From the NCBI GenBank assembly GCA_963818475.1, contig CAWFSF010000006.1:416001-480000 (forward strand): a stretch of DNA of 64,000 nucleotides, in the 5' to 3' direction. Under the pieces are notes generated by a model. That model saw only the letters and a list, made by a program, of their open reading frames with translations. It ran no database searches and was not told the origin of the DNA. Every line of letters starts with the position of its first letter. The first letter of the stretch is position 1. This document shows positions 9,981 to 19,077 of the stretch, piece by piece. The position numbers were made by a program, and so were the translations under genes. This DNA comes from Nitrospirota bacterium (GTDB lineage Bacteria; Nitrospirota; UBA9217).

Positions 9981-10508
9981 ATGATACCGAAACGACACTG
10001 GATACTTCTCCTGACTGCGGGAGCACTGCTTTTTGTCCTGCCGGGATGCAAGAACAAGGGCAAAAATGATCCTGCGGTCATTTTGCAGGAAGGCAACACG
10101 TCTTTTGCGCAAGGGCAATATAAAGAAGCCGCGGAAATTTACACCCGCGCGCTTTCCCTTAAACCCGACTACATCGAGGCATTCGTAAACCGCGGCTTTG
10201 CCAATGAGAAGATGGGCAAGCTGGATGAAGCCCTCCGGGATTATTCCGCGATAATCGCGATCCGGCCTGATTATCATTACGCGTACTTTATCCGCGGCAA
10301 TGTATTTCATCACCGGCATGAATCGAAAGAGGCGATCGCCGATTACACGAAGGCCGTCGAGTTAAAACCCGGTTACCTCGAGTGTTACTATAACCGTGCC
10401 CTTGAGTATCGGGCCATGGGAAAAATGAAGCAGGCGCGCCTTGATTATAAGAAGGCGTGCGACCTCGGGTTCAAGCAGGCCTGCGAGGACTATCGCAAGC
10501 TCCGATAA
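9981..10508 (+). CDS. TPR-repeat lipoprotein
   Basis: Signal peptide with lipobox-like LPG-C, about 4 TPRs (AFVNRG, AYFIRG, CYYNRA), and a C-terminal KACDLG...AC cap. Confidence 0.85.
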   Translation: MIPKRHWILLLTAGALLFVLPGCKNKGKNDPAVILQEGNTSFAQGQYKEAAEIYTRALSLKPDYIEAFVNRGFANEKMGKLDEALRDYSAIIAIRPDYHYAYFIRGNVFHHRHESKEAIADYTKAVELKPGYLECYYNRALEYRAMGKMKQARLDYKKACDLGFKQACEDYRKLR

Positions 10509-10729
10509 ACCCGCGCATGAATTCGACCGTGCGCGTACCGGCATGCATTTCGGCGCTGTAATACCGGAGTGCGGACAGCTTCTTTTCATCGGCACAGGAG
10601 AGGTGGTCCGCCCGGATGCCTCTGTCCCGACGGCCCCGAAGCGGGCAATGGACGATGCTTCAGCGAACCAGGTAGATACAATTAGAAGACTATTAATAAG
10701 TAATTCTTAACGTGTCTGAGGCGAAGTCC

Positions 10730-11920
10730 ATGCGCGAACAATTGAAAAACGGCTTTCTCCTTGTATGTTCCGTTGTTCTCGTGCTCCTGATGCTGGAACT
10801 GGCGCTCGCGCTTTTTTGGCCCCATAAAGTCACGTTTCATCCTTATCAGGCGGAACACTGCCAATACGACGAATTCCTGGGATGGGTAAACAAGCCGGAC
10901 CTCGACGGTTTTGTGAAGGTCAGTGACCGGATCGCTTTTCACCGACGACATAACAGCAAAGGCATGCGGAGTCTCAGAGAGACGGGCTATGAGAAGCTGG
11001 CGGGAGTCAAGCGGGTCCTGGTCCTGGGCGATTCGTTCACCTGGGGGTTCGGGGTTGACGATCAACAGGTCCTGACGCACCTTCTCCAGCAAAAGACCGG
11101 AAGCGGGATCGAGATCCTGAACGGGTCGGTCGTCGGCTACGGTACGGACCAGGAATTCTTGTGGCTCGAGCGGGAGGGGTTGCGCTACTTGCCGGATCTG
11201 GTGGTCCTCGCTTTTTATGTCGGCAACGATTATGAAGAGGTATCCCAGTCTCTCTCCTACGGCTATCCCAAGCCGTATTTCGATATTGACGAGCAGGGAC
11301 TGCTTCTCGGCAATGTGCCGGTGCCGGACACCCGGGAAACCCGCCGGAAAGGGTTTGATAAACCTTCATCGATGTTCGGCAGATTCAAGAAATTCCTGCG
11401 TTACAACACGCATACCTATCCGTTTCTTGCCGGTCGCCTCAATTCTATTCCCCGGCTCCGGCATTTTATTCTGAAGACCGGGATCGGCGAGGAGTTCTCG
11501 CGAAATCTGCCGGGCGTTCCCTATCGCCGTGTCGCACCCGAGAAGGTGAAGCCCATTGTCGAAGCCTTGATCCGGTCGATCCGTGACATTGCGGCCAGCC
11601 GGGGAGCGCAGCTCCTCCTGATGCCGATACCGGCGATCGAGGAAAACCCTAATAAGGCGATCGGCTACCGCGGCCAAGTTGACTGGAATGAGGCGTTTGC
11701 GGATAATGAAAAGGAGAATAACTATCTGAAGTCCTTTGCCAGGGCGAACGGGATTCAATTTCTCGACCTGCTGCAGATAATCAGGGCTCAGCACCGAAAG
11801 GGTTTAGCGCTTTATAATATCAACCCGGACGACCATCACTGGAACTCGGAAGGCCATCGGGTTGCCGCAGAGGCTCTGTATGATTGGATCAAAGCATATG
11901 ACTGGAACCGGAAGAAATAA
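10730..11920 (+). CDS. SGNH/GDSL hydrolase-family protein (AlgJ/AlgX-like transferase), membrane anchored
   Basis: N-terminal TM, GDSFTWG (catalytic Ser), GYGTDQ, GND and DDHHWNSEGH. Confidence 0.88.
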   Translation: MREQLKNGFLLVCSVVLVLLMLELALALFWPHKVTFHPYQAEHCQYDEFLGWVNKPDLDGFVKVSDRIAFHRRHNSKGMRSLRETGYEKLAGVKRVLVLGDSFTWGFGVDDQQVLTHLLQQKTGSGIEILNGSVVGYGTDQEFLWLEREGLRYLPDLVVLAFYVGNDYEEVSQSLSYGYPKPYFDIDEQGLLLGNVPVPDTRETRRKGFDKPSSMFGRFKKFLRYNTHTYPFLAGRLNSIPRLRHFILKTGIGEEFSRNLPGVPYRRVAPEKVKPIVEALIRSIRDIAASRGAQLLLMPIPAIEENPNKAIGYRGQVDWNEAFADNEKENNYLKSFARANGIQFLDLLQIIRAQHRKGLALYNINPDDHHWNSEGHRVAAEALYDWIKAYDWNRKK

Positions 11921-12158
11921 CTGCACCGGCGCGCTAACGGACAGAAAAACGCTTGCGAGACGGCTTTTGCATTGGTGGCGCATTTTTGCCGCGGCGCTGG
12001 GGAGAGTGAATACAATGCTGCTTCTCGGTGTTCTGTTTCTTCTTGTGGTCACGCCGATCGGTCTTTTAGGCCGGCTGTTCCGAAAAGAAAAAATTCTGCG
12101 CGGTAATTCCGCCTGGACCTCACGCAGTGACGATGGCACCTATGAAAGGCAGTTTTGA
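11898..12158 (+). CDS. SxtJ-family small membrane protein
   Basis: WWRIFAAALGRVNTMLLLGVLFLLVVTPIGLLGRLF...YERQF, directly upstream of a carbamoyltransferase. Start uncertain. Confidence 0.75.
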   Translation: MTGTGRNNCTGALTDRKTLARRLLHWWRIFAAALGRVNTMLLLGVLFLLVVTPIGLLGRLFRKEKILRGNSAWTSRSDDGTYERQF

Positions 12159-13847
12159 ATGCATATCCTGGGTCTGTCCTGTTTCTATCACGACGCGGCA
12201 GCATGCCTTATCCATGATGGGAAACTGGTTGCCGCTGCCCAGGAGGAGCGCTTTTCCCGGGTCAAGCATGACTGGCGGTTTCCGGAAAAAGCCATTCAAT
12301 ACTGTCTTAGCGAAGCGGGGATATCGGTCGACGATGTCTCCCTCGTGGCATTTTATGAAAAGCCGATTTTAAAGTTCGAGAGGGTCCTCGAGACCTTTCT
12401 TGCTGTCGCGCCGCGCGGGATCCTGGCCTTCATGGAAACCATCCCCTCCTGGTTGAACCAGAAGCTCCGGGTCCCCGATATTATCCGCAAGAATCTGGGC
12501 TACCGGGGTCCTCTTATCTTCGTTGAACACCACATGGCACACGCTGCGAGCAGTTTTTTTTTCTCTCCCTTTGACGAAGCCGCTGTCCTGGTCCTGGACG
12601 GCGTAGGTGAGTGGGCTACTGCCTCCTATGGAACGGGGAATGGCAACCGATTGTCGCTTTCTCATGAAGTTACTTTTCCTCATTCTCTCGGCCTTTTATA
12701 CAGCGCGTTTACCGCATATCTCGGTTTTGAAGTTAACGATGCCGAATACAAGGTAATGGGCATGGCCTCCTATGGATCGCCCGTTTTCCGGGAAACGATC
12801 ACGCAAAATCTGGCGCATATCAACCCGGACGGCAGCCTGACGTTAAATATGAAGTATTTCTCCTTTCAGCACGGGAAAAAGATGTTTAACGGCCACTTCG
12901 AGCGTCTGTTCGGAAGTCCCGGCCGGACGCCTGAATCGGAACTTTTGCAAAAGCATTTCGACATCGCCGCCAGTATTCAGGCCGTAACCGAAGATGTCGT
13001 GCTTTCCATGGCCCGTTATGTGCATCAGCAGACCGGTATGCGGTGTTTATGCCTGGCTGGCGGGGTGGCCTTGAACAGCGTGAGCAACGGCAAGCTGCTG
13101 CGGGAAGGGCCTTTTGACGAGCTGTTCATTCAGCCGGCTGCGGGAGATGCGGGGGCCGCCCTGGGAGCGGCCTATGCGGGGCATCACCTGTACTTAAAAA
13201 AAGAAGAGCGGCACCGGCTTGGCAATGTGTACCTCGGTCCCTTTTATCAAGACGCAGATCCCTCATCGCTAGCCGGGCCTGGTGTGCTTACGCGTATATT
13301 GGACGATCCTCTTCTGGTTGAGGAAGTCGCCCGGCTCCTTTCAGAGGGGAAGGTCATCGGGTGGCACCAGGGGAGGATGGAGTTCGGCCCTCGCGCTCTG
13401 GGGAACAGGAGTATCCTGGCTGACCCGCGTAAATCCGGCATGAAGGACACCGTGAACAGGATGGTCAAGTTCCGTGAAGCCTTCAGGCCTTTTGCGCCGG
13501 TTGTTACGGTGGAAGACGCAGAACGTTTTTTCTCTATTCGTGGAGAGAGTCCCTTCATGCTCTTGACCTTTCCGGTCAAAACCGATAAACTTCCGGCAGT
13601 GACGCACGTTGACGGCTCCGCGCGGGTCCAGACCGTGTCAAAGGAGCAGAACGAAAAACTCTATGCCCTGCTTCGCGCTTTTGAGCGGCTTACCGGCGTG
13701 CCGGTGCTGCTCAATACCTCGCTGAATCTGCGGGGCGAACCGATCGCCTGCTCTCCCGAGGATGCATATCACTGTTTTGTCCGGAGCGGCATGGACGGCC
13801 TGGTTGTCGGACAGGCCTTGTTCATGAAGGAAGCGGCATCCCCGTAA
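12159..13847 (+). CDS. O-carbamoyltransferase (NodU/CmcH/TobZ/SxtI family)
   Basis: HDAAAC...QEERFSRVKH, EHHMAHAAS, DGVGE, EYKVMGMA, AGGVALN, EFGPRALGNRSIL, FRPFAP, HVDGSARVQTV and LLNTSLN. Confidence 0.95.
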   Translation: MHILGLSCFYHDAAACLIHDGKLVAAAQEERFSRVKHDWRFPEKAIQYCLSEAGISVDDVSLVAFYEKPILKFERVLETFLAVAPRGILAFMETIPSWLNQKLRVPDIIRKNLGYRGPLIFVEHHMAHAASSFFFSPFDEAAVLVLDGVGEWATASYGTGNGNRLSLSHEVTFPHSLGLLYSAFTAYLGFEVNDAEYKVMGMASYGSPVFRETITQNLAHINPDGSLTLNMKYFSFQHGKKMFNGHFERLFGSPGRTPESELLQKHFDIAASIQAVTEDVVLSMARYVHQQTGMRCLCLAGGVALNSVSNGKLLREGPFDELFIQPAAGDAGAALGAAYAGHHLYLKKEERHRLGNVYLGPFYQDADPSSLAGPGVLTRILDDPLLVEEVARLLSEGKVIGWHQGRMEFGPRALGNRSILADPRKSGMKDTVNRMVKFREAFRPFAPVVTVEDAERFFSIRGESPFMLLTFPVKTDKLPAVTHVDGSARVQTVSKEQNEKLYALLRAFERLTGVPVLLNTSLNLRGEPIACSPEDAYHCFVRSGMDGLVVGQALFMKEAASP

Positions 13848-13904
13848 CGGTATCCGCGGACTGCGCAGAGGAAGACATTCACAGATGCATAAATGAGGTG
13901 GCTT

Positions 13905-14063
13905 ATGGGACACATCACACTTCTCAAGGAATTATGGGCATTTCTCCGGGTCAGGAAAAAATACTGGCTCCTCCCTATTATTTTCATGCTGCTGCTGCTG
14001 GGCGCTTTGATCGTATTCACGGAAGGCAGCGCCCTTTCGCCATTCATCTATATTCTTTTCTAA
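13905..14063 (+). CDS. DUF5989/SxtK-like 52-aa membrane peptide (below the ORF-track cutoff)
   Basis: MGHITLLKELWAFLRVRKKYWLLPIIFMLLLLGALIVFTEGSALSPFIYILF*, with RBS GAGGTG at 13895-13900. Confidence 0.88.
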   Translation: MGHITLLKELWAFLRVRKKYWLLPIIFMLLLLGALIVFTEGSALSPFIYILF

Positions 14064-14187
14064 TATAAGTTCGACCCGCCTCATTCAAGCCTCGCCTGTT
14101 GGACTGCAAACTTTAACACAGTTGGGATTCCAACATTATTTGAGCGAAAAAGCTCATCTGATCCCGTTCTTTGTTGCACAAAGCCGC

Positions 14188-14241
14188 TAAGTATTTGATT
14201 TTTAGCTTTATTTAATAAAAGACTATGGCAACTGTATTGCA
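14188..14241 (+). promoter_or_regulatory. Sigma-54 (-24/-12) promoter with upstream IHF site
   Basis: TGGCAACTGTATTGCA at 14226-14241 (GG-N10-GC). TAAGTATTTGATT at 14188-14200 is the reverse complement of AATCAAATACTTA, a perfect WATCAANNNNTTR match. Confidence 0.65.
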
Positions 14242-14503
14242 TGTTTTTTAAATGTTGTAGTTTTCAATTTATCCTGTCCTGCAAGCACTACCATCTTAAC
14301 TCAGTACGAATATCAAGAATTTTACAGCAGTCGGCCGAGGCATAAGCAGCACTCGATAACATGATATTCGATCAGCATATTTTTAAAAGGATACCGCGGC
14401 TATGACCGGCAATTCCGGATTTAGAAGTGCCGAAGAATGCGATGCTCTGATTGACCTGAAACGGCATTTAATCCATTAAACTCGAGCTGATCAGGGAGAA
14501 TGT

Positions 14504-16915
14504 ATGAATGGTCTGTCGCAGGATAGGTTTGCTACCCGGCGTTTAGGCCTTGTCATTTTCATCATAGCCGCGCTGATCTATCTGAATTCCCTGTCGAATG
14601 GCTTCGTCTGGGATGATACTCCTATCATCTCTCAAAACCGCCTGCTGACCGGTCTGGAAAATCTGCCCCGCCTGATCGCCTCCCCGGACAGTGCTCCCGG
14701 CATCGGCACAACTTACTATCGGCCCGTCACGTATCTCTCTTTTTTTGTGAACCGGATGACCGGTGGGGAAAATCCTTTCGGCTTTCATCTGGTAAATATT
14801 CTGCTGCATGCCGCGGTATCCCTGGCGCTGTTCGCTCTCATCACCCTGCTGTTCGGTGACCGTCTCCTTGCGTTCCTGGCGGCAATCCTTTTTGCAGCAC
14901 ATCCGATCAATTCGGAAACGGTCAATTTTCTCTCCGGCGGCAGGAACACCCTGCTCTCGGCGCTGTTTGCGCTACTCACGTTCATCGACTACGTCAAAGG
15001 ACGCAGCCGCAGATCGCTGCTTTGGTTCAGCCTGTCGGTCTTCTCAAAGGAATTCGGACTGGTTTTGCCATTGATGCTGTATGCCCATGACCGGTTGGTC
15101 AGCAGGGAGCGGAAACCTTTCGGCGCCTACGCGCCTTATATCGCGGTTGTTGTTCTGTACCTCGCGGCCCGGACGGTTGTTCTGAAGGGCGCCGGGACCC
15201 TTGACCTCGAGATCCTCGGCGACCGGCTGTTGTTCGTTCCCCGTCAGTTTGCCGACTACCTGCGGGTGCTCCTGTTCTCGGTCGTGCCGCAATTGCCGGG
15301 CAGAACGGAGCTTCCCCTGGCCCTTGATGGGGGCGCCGGTATCGCGGCCCTGATTCTTATTGGCGCCGGAGTTTTTTTCTACCGGTTCCGGTCATTCCCG
15401 GTAGTGCGCTTTGCGGGGTTCTGGCTGCTGCTTTTTTTCCTCCCGGTCAGCAACATTCTTCCCATCGGCTATACTCTTATGGCTGACAGATACGCCTATT
15501 TCATGTCCATGGCCGTGAGCCTGCTCATTGCTTTTGCGCTTCTTTCGGTTTTCCGGAACAGGCAAAAGGCCATTGCGGTCGCTGCACTGATGTGCATAGT
15601 GTTCAGCGTCATGGTCGTGCGTCGCAATATGGTATGGCGCAGCGACGAAACGCTCTATCGGCAAATGATCGTTGATTCACCCGATTCAAGCATCGGCTAC
15701 TATAATCTCGGTCTGCTTCTCTATGAAAAAGGAGAAACGGAACAGGCACTGAATCATCTGCAAAAAGCCGCCTCCACGGTCCCCTATTCCAGTGACGCTC
15801 CCTACCTGCTCGGGTTCGCGTCGGCTGAACTGGGCATGATCGACAATGCGCTGTCTTCATTCCATAAGACCATAGCCCGGGACCCGGAGCATTTTATGGC
15901 ATACCTTCTGCTCAGCCGCCTTTATGAAAGCCGGGGAGACCACGTTTTGGCCGAATCATACCGCTCCAAAGCGCTGGAGCTGTTGCCGAACCTGGAAAGA
16001 ATTATTTCCCCGCGTGCCGAAAGGATAGCAGGCGATGCATGGAGAATGCAGGCCCGTGGAGCGATGGCAAATGCAAAGTCTCTTTTTCAGAGGGCGCTGC
16101 TGTTCGATCCCCTGTTCCCCGAAGCACTCGTAGGATTGACCGCGATTCAGCCGGGAAAGGGCGATTCAGACCCCGGTCCGTTCTTTGAACAGTCCGATAA
16201 CTGCTCTAAGTGCCACTCAATGAGGGAGGCCTATGACAGCTGGAAAGCGTCACCGCATTCAAGGGCCGGATGCCTCGAATGCCACGAGTACGATGCAAAG
16301 CGTATGGCGGGCAATCAGCTTAATCATCTCGAAGGAAATCACGGTGCGAAACACAGAACTATTGTCAATAGAGCGTCTTGCCTTGCCAAGGGATGCCACG
16401 AACAGAGATTGACCGACCCGATCGTTCGTTATTCACGCAGGGATATATTCTTTGATCATACTCATGCAACAGGGATGCGGCGGGGGATCATCTCACTGCG
16501 TTGCCGGAGTTGCCATGCTGAAGTCGGGCATGGAAAAGAAAAAAACGTGGCTAAGGAAGTGTGTTTTCTCTGCCATTTCAAAAATACGGGTAAACCGCAA
16601 CAGGCCTTTACCGGCTGTCCCTCCTGTCATCCGGCCCCGAAGGGGAATATTGTCTTCAAAGGAATGGTTTTTTCGCACGAGAAAAAGCTGCGGCAAGGCT
16701 ATACGTGCCAGGACTGCCATAGGAAAGTTGTGAAGGGGAACGGTAATGTCCCGAGAGAGCGCTGCAGCCATTGCCACCCCGACAGGTCCGCGAAATACGG
16801 TGATAAGGCGTTGATCCACAAAAAACATGTGGAGGGGATGCAGATCTACTGCTTTGAATGCCACGAAAAGATCGAGCACGGGAAGATCGAAGTCTCGGAT
16901 CGAAGCCGCAAATAG
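14504..16915 (+). CDS. TMTC-like GT-C glycosyltransferase + TPR fused to a C-terminal nonaheme cytochrome c domain
   Basis: GT-C motifs FVWDD, YYRP, HPINSETV, GGRNTLL, SKE, ADRYAY and RRNMVW, then TPRs, then CSKCH, CLECH, CLAKGCH, CRSCH, CFLCH, CPSCH, CQDCH, CSHCH and CFECH in one uninterrupted frame. Confidence 0.88.
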   Translation: MNGLSQDRFATRRLGLVIFIIAALIYLNSLSNGFVWDDTPIISQNRLLTGLENLPRLIASPDSAPGIGTTYYRPVTYLSFFVNRMTGGENPFGFHLVNILLHAAVSLALFALITLLFGDRLLAFLAAILFAAHPINSETVNFLSGGRNTLLSALFALLTFIDYVKGRSRRSLLWFSLSVFSKEFGLVLPLMLYAHDRLVSRERKPFGAYAPYIAVVVLYLAARTVVLKGAGTLDLEILGDRLLFVPRQFADYLRVLLFSVVPQLPGRTELPLALDGGAGIAALILIGAGVFFYRFRSFPVVRFAGFWLLLFFLPVSNILPIGYTLMADRYAYFMSMAVSLLIAFALLSVFRNRQKAIAVAALMCIVFSVMVVRRNMVWRSDETLYRQMIVDSPDSSIGYYNLGLLLYEKGETEQALNHLQKAASTVPYSSDAPYLLGFASAELGMIDNALSSFHKTIARDPEHFMAYLLLSRLYESRGDHVLAESYRSKALELLPNLERIISPRAERIAGDAWRMQARGAMANAKSLFQRALLFDPLFPEALVGLTAIQPGKGDSDPGPFFEQSDNCSKCHSMREAYDSWKASPHSRAGCLECHEYDAKRMAGNQLNHLEGNHGAKHRTIVNRASCLAKGCHEQRLTDPIVRYSRRDIFFDHTHATGMRRGIISLRCRSCHAEVGHGKEKNVAKEVCFLCHFKNTGKPQQAFTGCPSCHPAPKGNIVFKGMVFSHEKKLRQGYTCQDCHRKVVKGNGNVPRERCSHCHPDRSAKYGDKALIHKKHVEGMQIYCFECHEKIEHGKIEVSDRSRK

Positions 16916-16967
16916 GCGAATAGAATATGTTCCCGAGGCAACCCAATGATCATGCGCACTCGCGCAG

Positions 16968-18137
16968 CTATTTTGCCAGGTTGTCATCCCTCAGTTTCCC
17001 GGAGATGGCCCTGGCCGCGTAGCGGTGTCCCTCGGCGTTGAAATGATCGTCCATGGGGTGGTACAGGGGCACGCCTTTTCGGGCTGCGGACCTGATCGCC
17101 GGGAGGAGGTCGAGGTAGCTGACTCCGTTCACGTCCGAAAACATTCGCAGGTGATACGCCATTACGTCGTTTTCCTCCCCTTCGATAATAATCCGCTTAT
17201 AGCCGAGGCGGGCGTCGGGTAATTCCTCCTTGCCGGGGATATGCACGAGCAGGAACCCTGCCCCGTTCAGCCGCGCGACAGCGCGCATTTCCCGTATAAG
17301 GGCAAAGGTCAGATCCATTTTGTCTTCGATACTGGGAAGTTCGTAGTAGGATAGGCCGGCATATTTTTTTGTATATTCTTCTCCAAGCCCTGTCGCAAGG
17401 AACAGGCTCCTGAGGAAGGGAACCGAATTTAAGCGGCCCACCAGAAAATTGTACGAGTGGATATTACGGCGAAGGAATTTTTTCAATTTGCCGAAGGCCG
17501 TCGGGGGGTTGTCGAACATCTTCCTCTCTATCTCGGTGGTGTGGGGCACCGGTGTGAACATGAGCCTGAGCGGGGAGCCGAGGCCGAACATGGGCTTGGG
17601 ATACCCATAGCTGATATTCGCGCCATTTTCGCCCACGTCGTTTCCGTAAAAAGCGTAGATGACGACGTCCGGTTGATATTTCAGCCCTTCTTCAAGCAGG
17701 AAGAGGAGGGATTGGTCGGTGCCGTATCCGGAACACCCCATGTTAATGACCTCCGTACCGGTGAGTTCCCGGTTGAGCACCTCTGAAAAAGTTTCGTTAT
17801 CATCGACCGCGGAACCCCAGGCAAAGGAATCCCCTATGACCGCGATCCGCCTCACACCAGGTGGTTTTTCGTAATCCGCTTCGTGCGCCCTCAGCCCCTT
17901 GCTGTTGATGGTCACGTAGGTCGAAAAGTCGGTTGAAGAGAAAACTCCTTCCGTCAGCGGCTTGTTTCTCCAGCCCAGCACGCGGTCGTATTGGCAGAAA
18001 TACCGTTGGATGAAGAATGGCCTGGCAATGAATTTGGAGGGATGGAAGAGGACGAGAGTAATTTCCAGGAAAATAAGGAAAAAGAGGACGCTTCCAAGGA
18101 GCAACAAGGCATTTATGGTCCGTTGCTTAAGTCTCAC
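16968..18137 (-). CDS. SGNH/GDSL hydrolase-family protein, paralog of 10730..11920
   Basis: GDSFAWG, GYGTDQ, GND, SYGYPKP and DDHFNAEGH; shares FGKLKKFLR...GRLNS with the paralog. Confidence 0.88.
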   Translation of the reverse strand: MRLKQRTINALLLLGSVLFFLIFLEITLVLFHPSKFIARPFFIQRYFCQYDRVLGWRNKPLTEGVFSSTDFSTYVTINSKGLRAHEADYEKPPGVRRIAVIGDSFAWGSAVDDNETFSEVLNRELTGTEVINMGCSGYGTDQSLLFLLEEGLKYQPDVVIYAFYGNDVGENGANISYGYPKPMFGLGSPLRLMFTPVPHTTEIERKMFDNPPTAFGKLKKFLRRNIHSYNFLVGRLNSVPFLRSLFLATGLGEEYTKKYAGLSYYELPSIEDKMDLTFALIREMRAVARLNGAGFLLVHIPGKEELPDARLGYKRIIIEGEENDVMAYHLRMFSDVNGVSYLDLLPAIRSAARKGVPLYHPMDDHFNAEGHRYAARAISGKLRDDNLAK

Positions 18138-18198
18138 GACTTATACTATATACAAATTATCAGGTTTCGTCCAATGATTTTTCCCACACGTTTTTTAT

Positions 18199-18227
18199 TT
18201 GACAATAGCAGGCGATTCCTTTAATTT
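18199..18227 (+). promoter_or_regulatory. Putative sigma-70 promoter for the nonaheme cytochrome gene
   Basis: TTGACA-17 nt-TAATTT; the -10 match is weak. Confidence 0.35.
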
Positions 18228-18245
18228 GTAGCATTGCTCTTCTCT

Positions 18246-19067
18246 ATGAAGGTAAAAATTAAAAATAAAAAGCTCAAAATCGTCTTTTTTTTATGCCTCG
18301 CTTTCGCGGTATTTGCCATCCTGGCATTCGCCATTACCAGTGTTGTTTTCAAAAATCCCGACAACTGCATCAAATGTCACTACATGAGGCCTTTTTATGA
18401 CACCTGGAAGTCCTCGGCCCATGCGGGATCCGGCTGCCTTACCTGCCATGATTACGGACCTACGCGAATGATCGGAAATCAACTCAAGTATCTTGCCGGC
18501 ACGTATAACCCGAAACCCCGGACCATTGTGCCGAGGCTGGTTTGTATTGCCGAGGGGTGTCATGACGAGCGACTGGTGGATCCGGTCGTCAAATACTCGC
18601 GCAGGGGGATCTTTTTCAGCCATACTCACGCGACCGAGGTGAGGAGGGACATCATCAAACTTCGATGCCGCAGTTGCCACGTGAGTGTGGGCCATTCGAA
18701 AGGGAAAAGCGTCGCAAAGGAGGTCTGCTTTATCTGCCATTTTATCAATACGGGCGACCTCCAGAAGGCGGTGACGGGCTGTCCGTCGTGTCATCCCTCA
18801 CCGAAGGGGGATATCCTCCACGACGGCAAGAGGTTCTCCCACGAGGCGGCGCTCCGGAAAGGCCGTGTGTGCAGAGATTGCCATGTAAAAATCGTAAAGG
18901 GAAGAGGGGAAGTCCCCCGGGAACGCTGCCATCTTTGCCACGTAGACCGGTTTGACAAATACGGCGATAAAGCGCTGATCCATAAAAAACATGTGGAGGA
19001 CCTGCAGATATACTGTCTTTACTGTCATGAAAAAATCGAACATGGAAAGATAGAAGTCTCGCATTGA
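18246..19067 (+). CDS. Membrane-anchored nonaheme cytochrome c (NapC/NirT-like N-terminus)
   Basis: N-terminal TM, then CIKCH(YM), CLTCH, CIAEGCH, CRSCH, CFICH, CPSCH, CRDCH, CHLCH and CLYCH. Confidence 0.92.
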   Translation: MKVKIKNKKLKIVFFLCLAFAVFAILAFAITSVVFKNPDNCIKCHYMRPFYDTWKSSAHAGSGCLTCHDYGPTRMIGNQLKYLAGTYNPKPRTIVPRLVCIAEGCHDERLVDPVVKYSRRGIFFSHTHATEVRRDIIKLRCRSCHVSVGHSKGKSVAKEVCFICHFINTGDLQKAVTGCPSCHPSPKGDILHDGKRFSHEAALRKGRVCRDCHVKIVKGRGEVPRERCHLCHVDRFDKYGDKALIHKKHVEDLQIYCLYCHEKIEHGKIEVSH

Positions 19068-19077
19068 CCGGCTGGCT

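Noticed and set aside
11898-14063. sxtI/J/K-like trio as evidence of saxitoxin biosynthesis
   Set aside because: No sxtA, sxtG or other core genes are present; the context is glycan modification.
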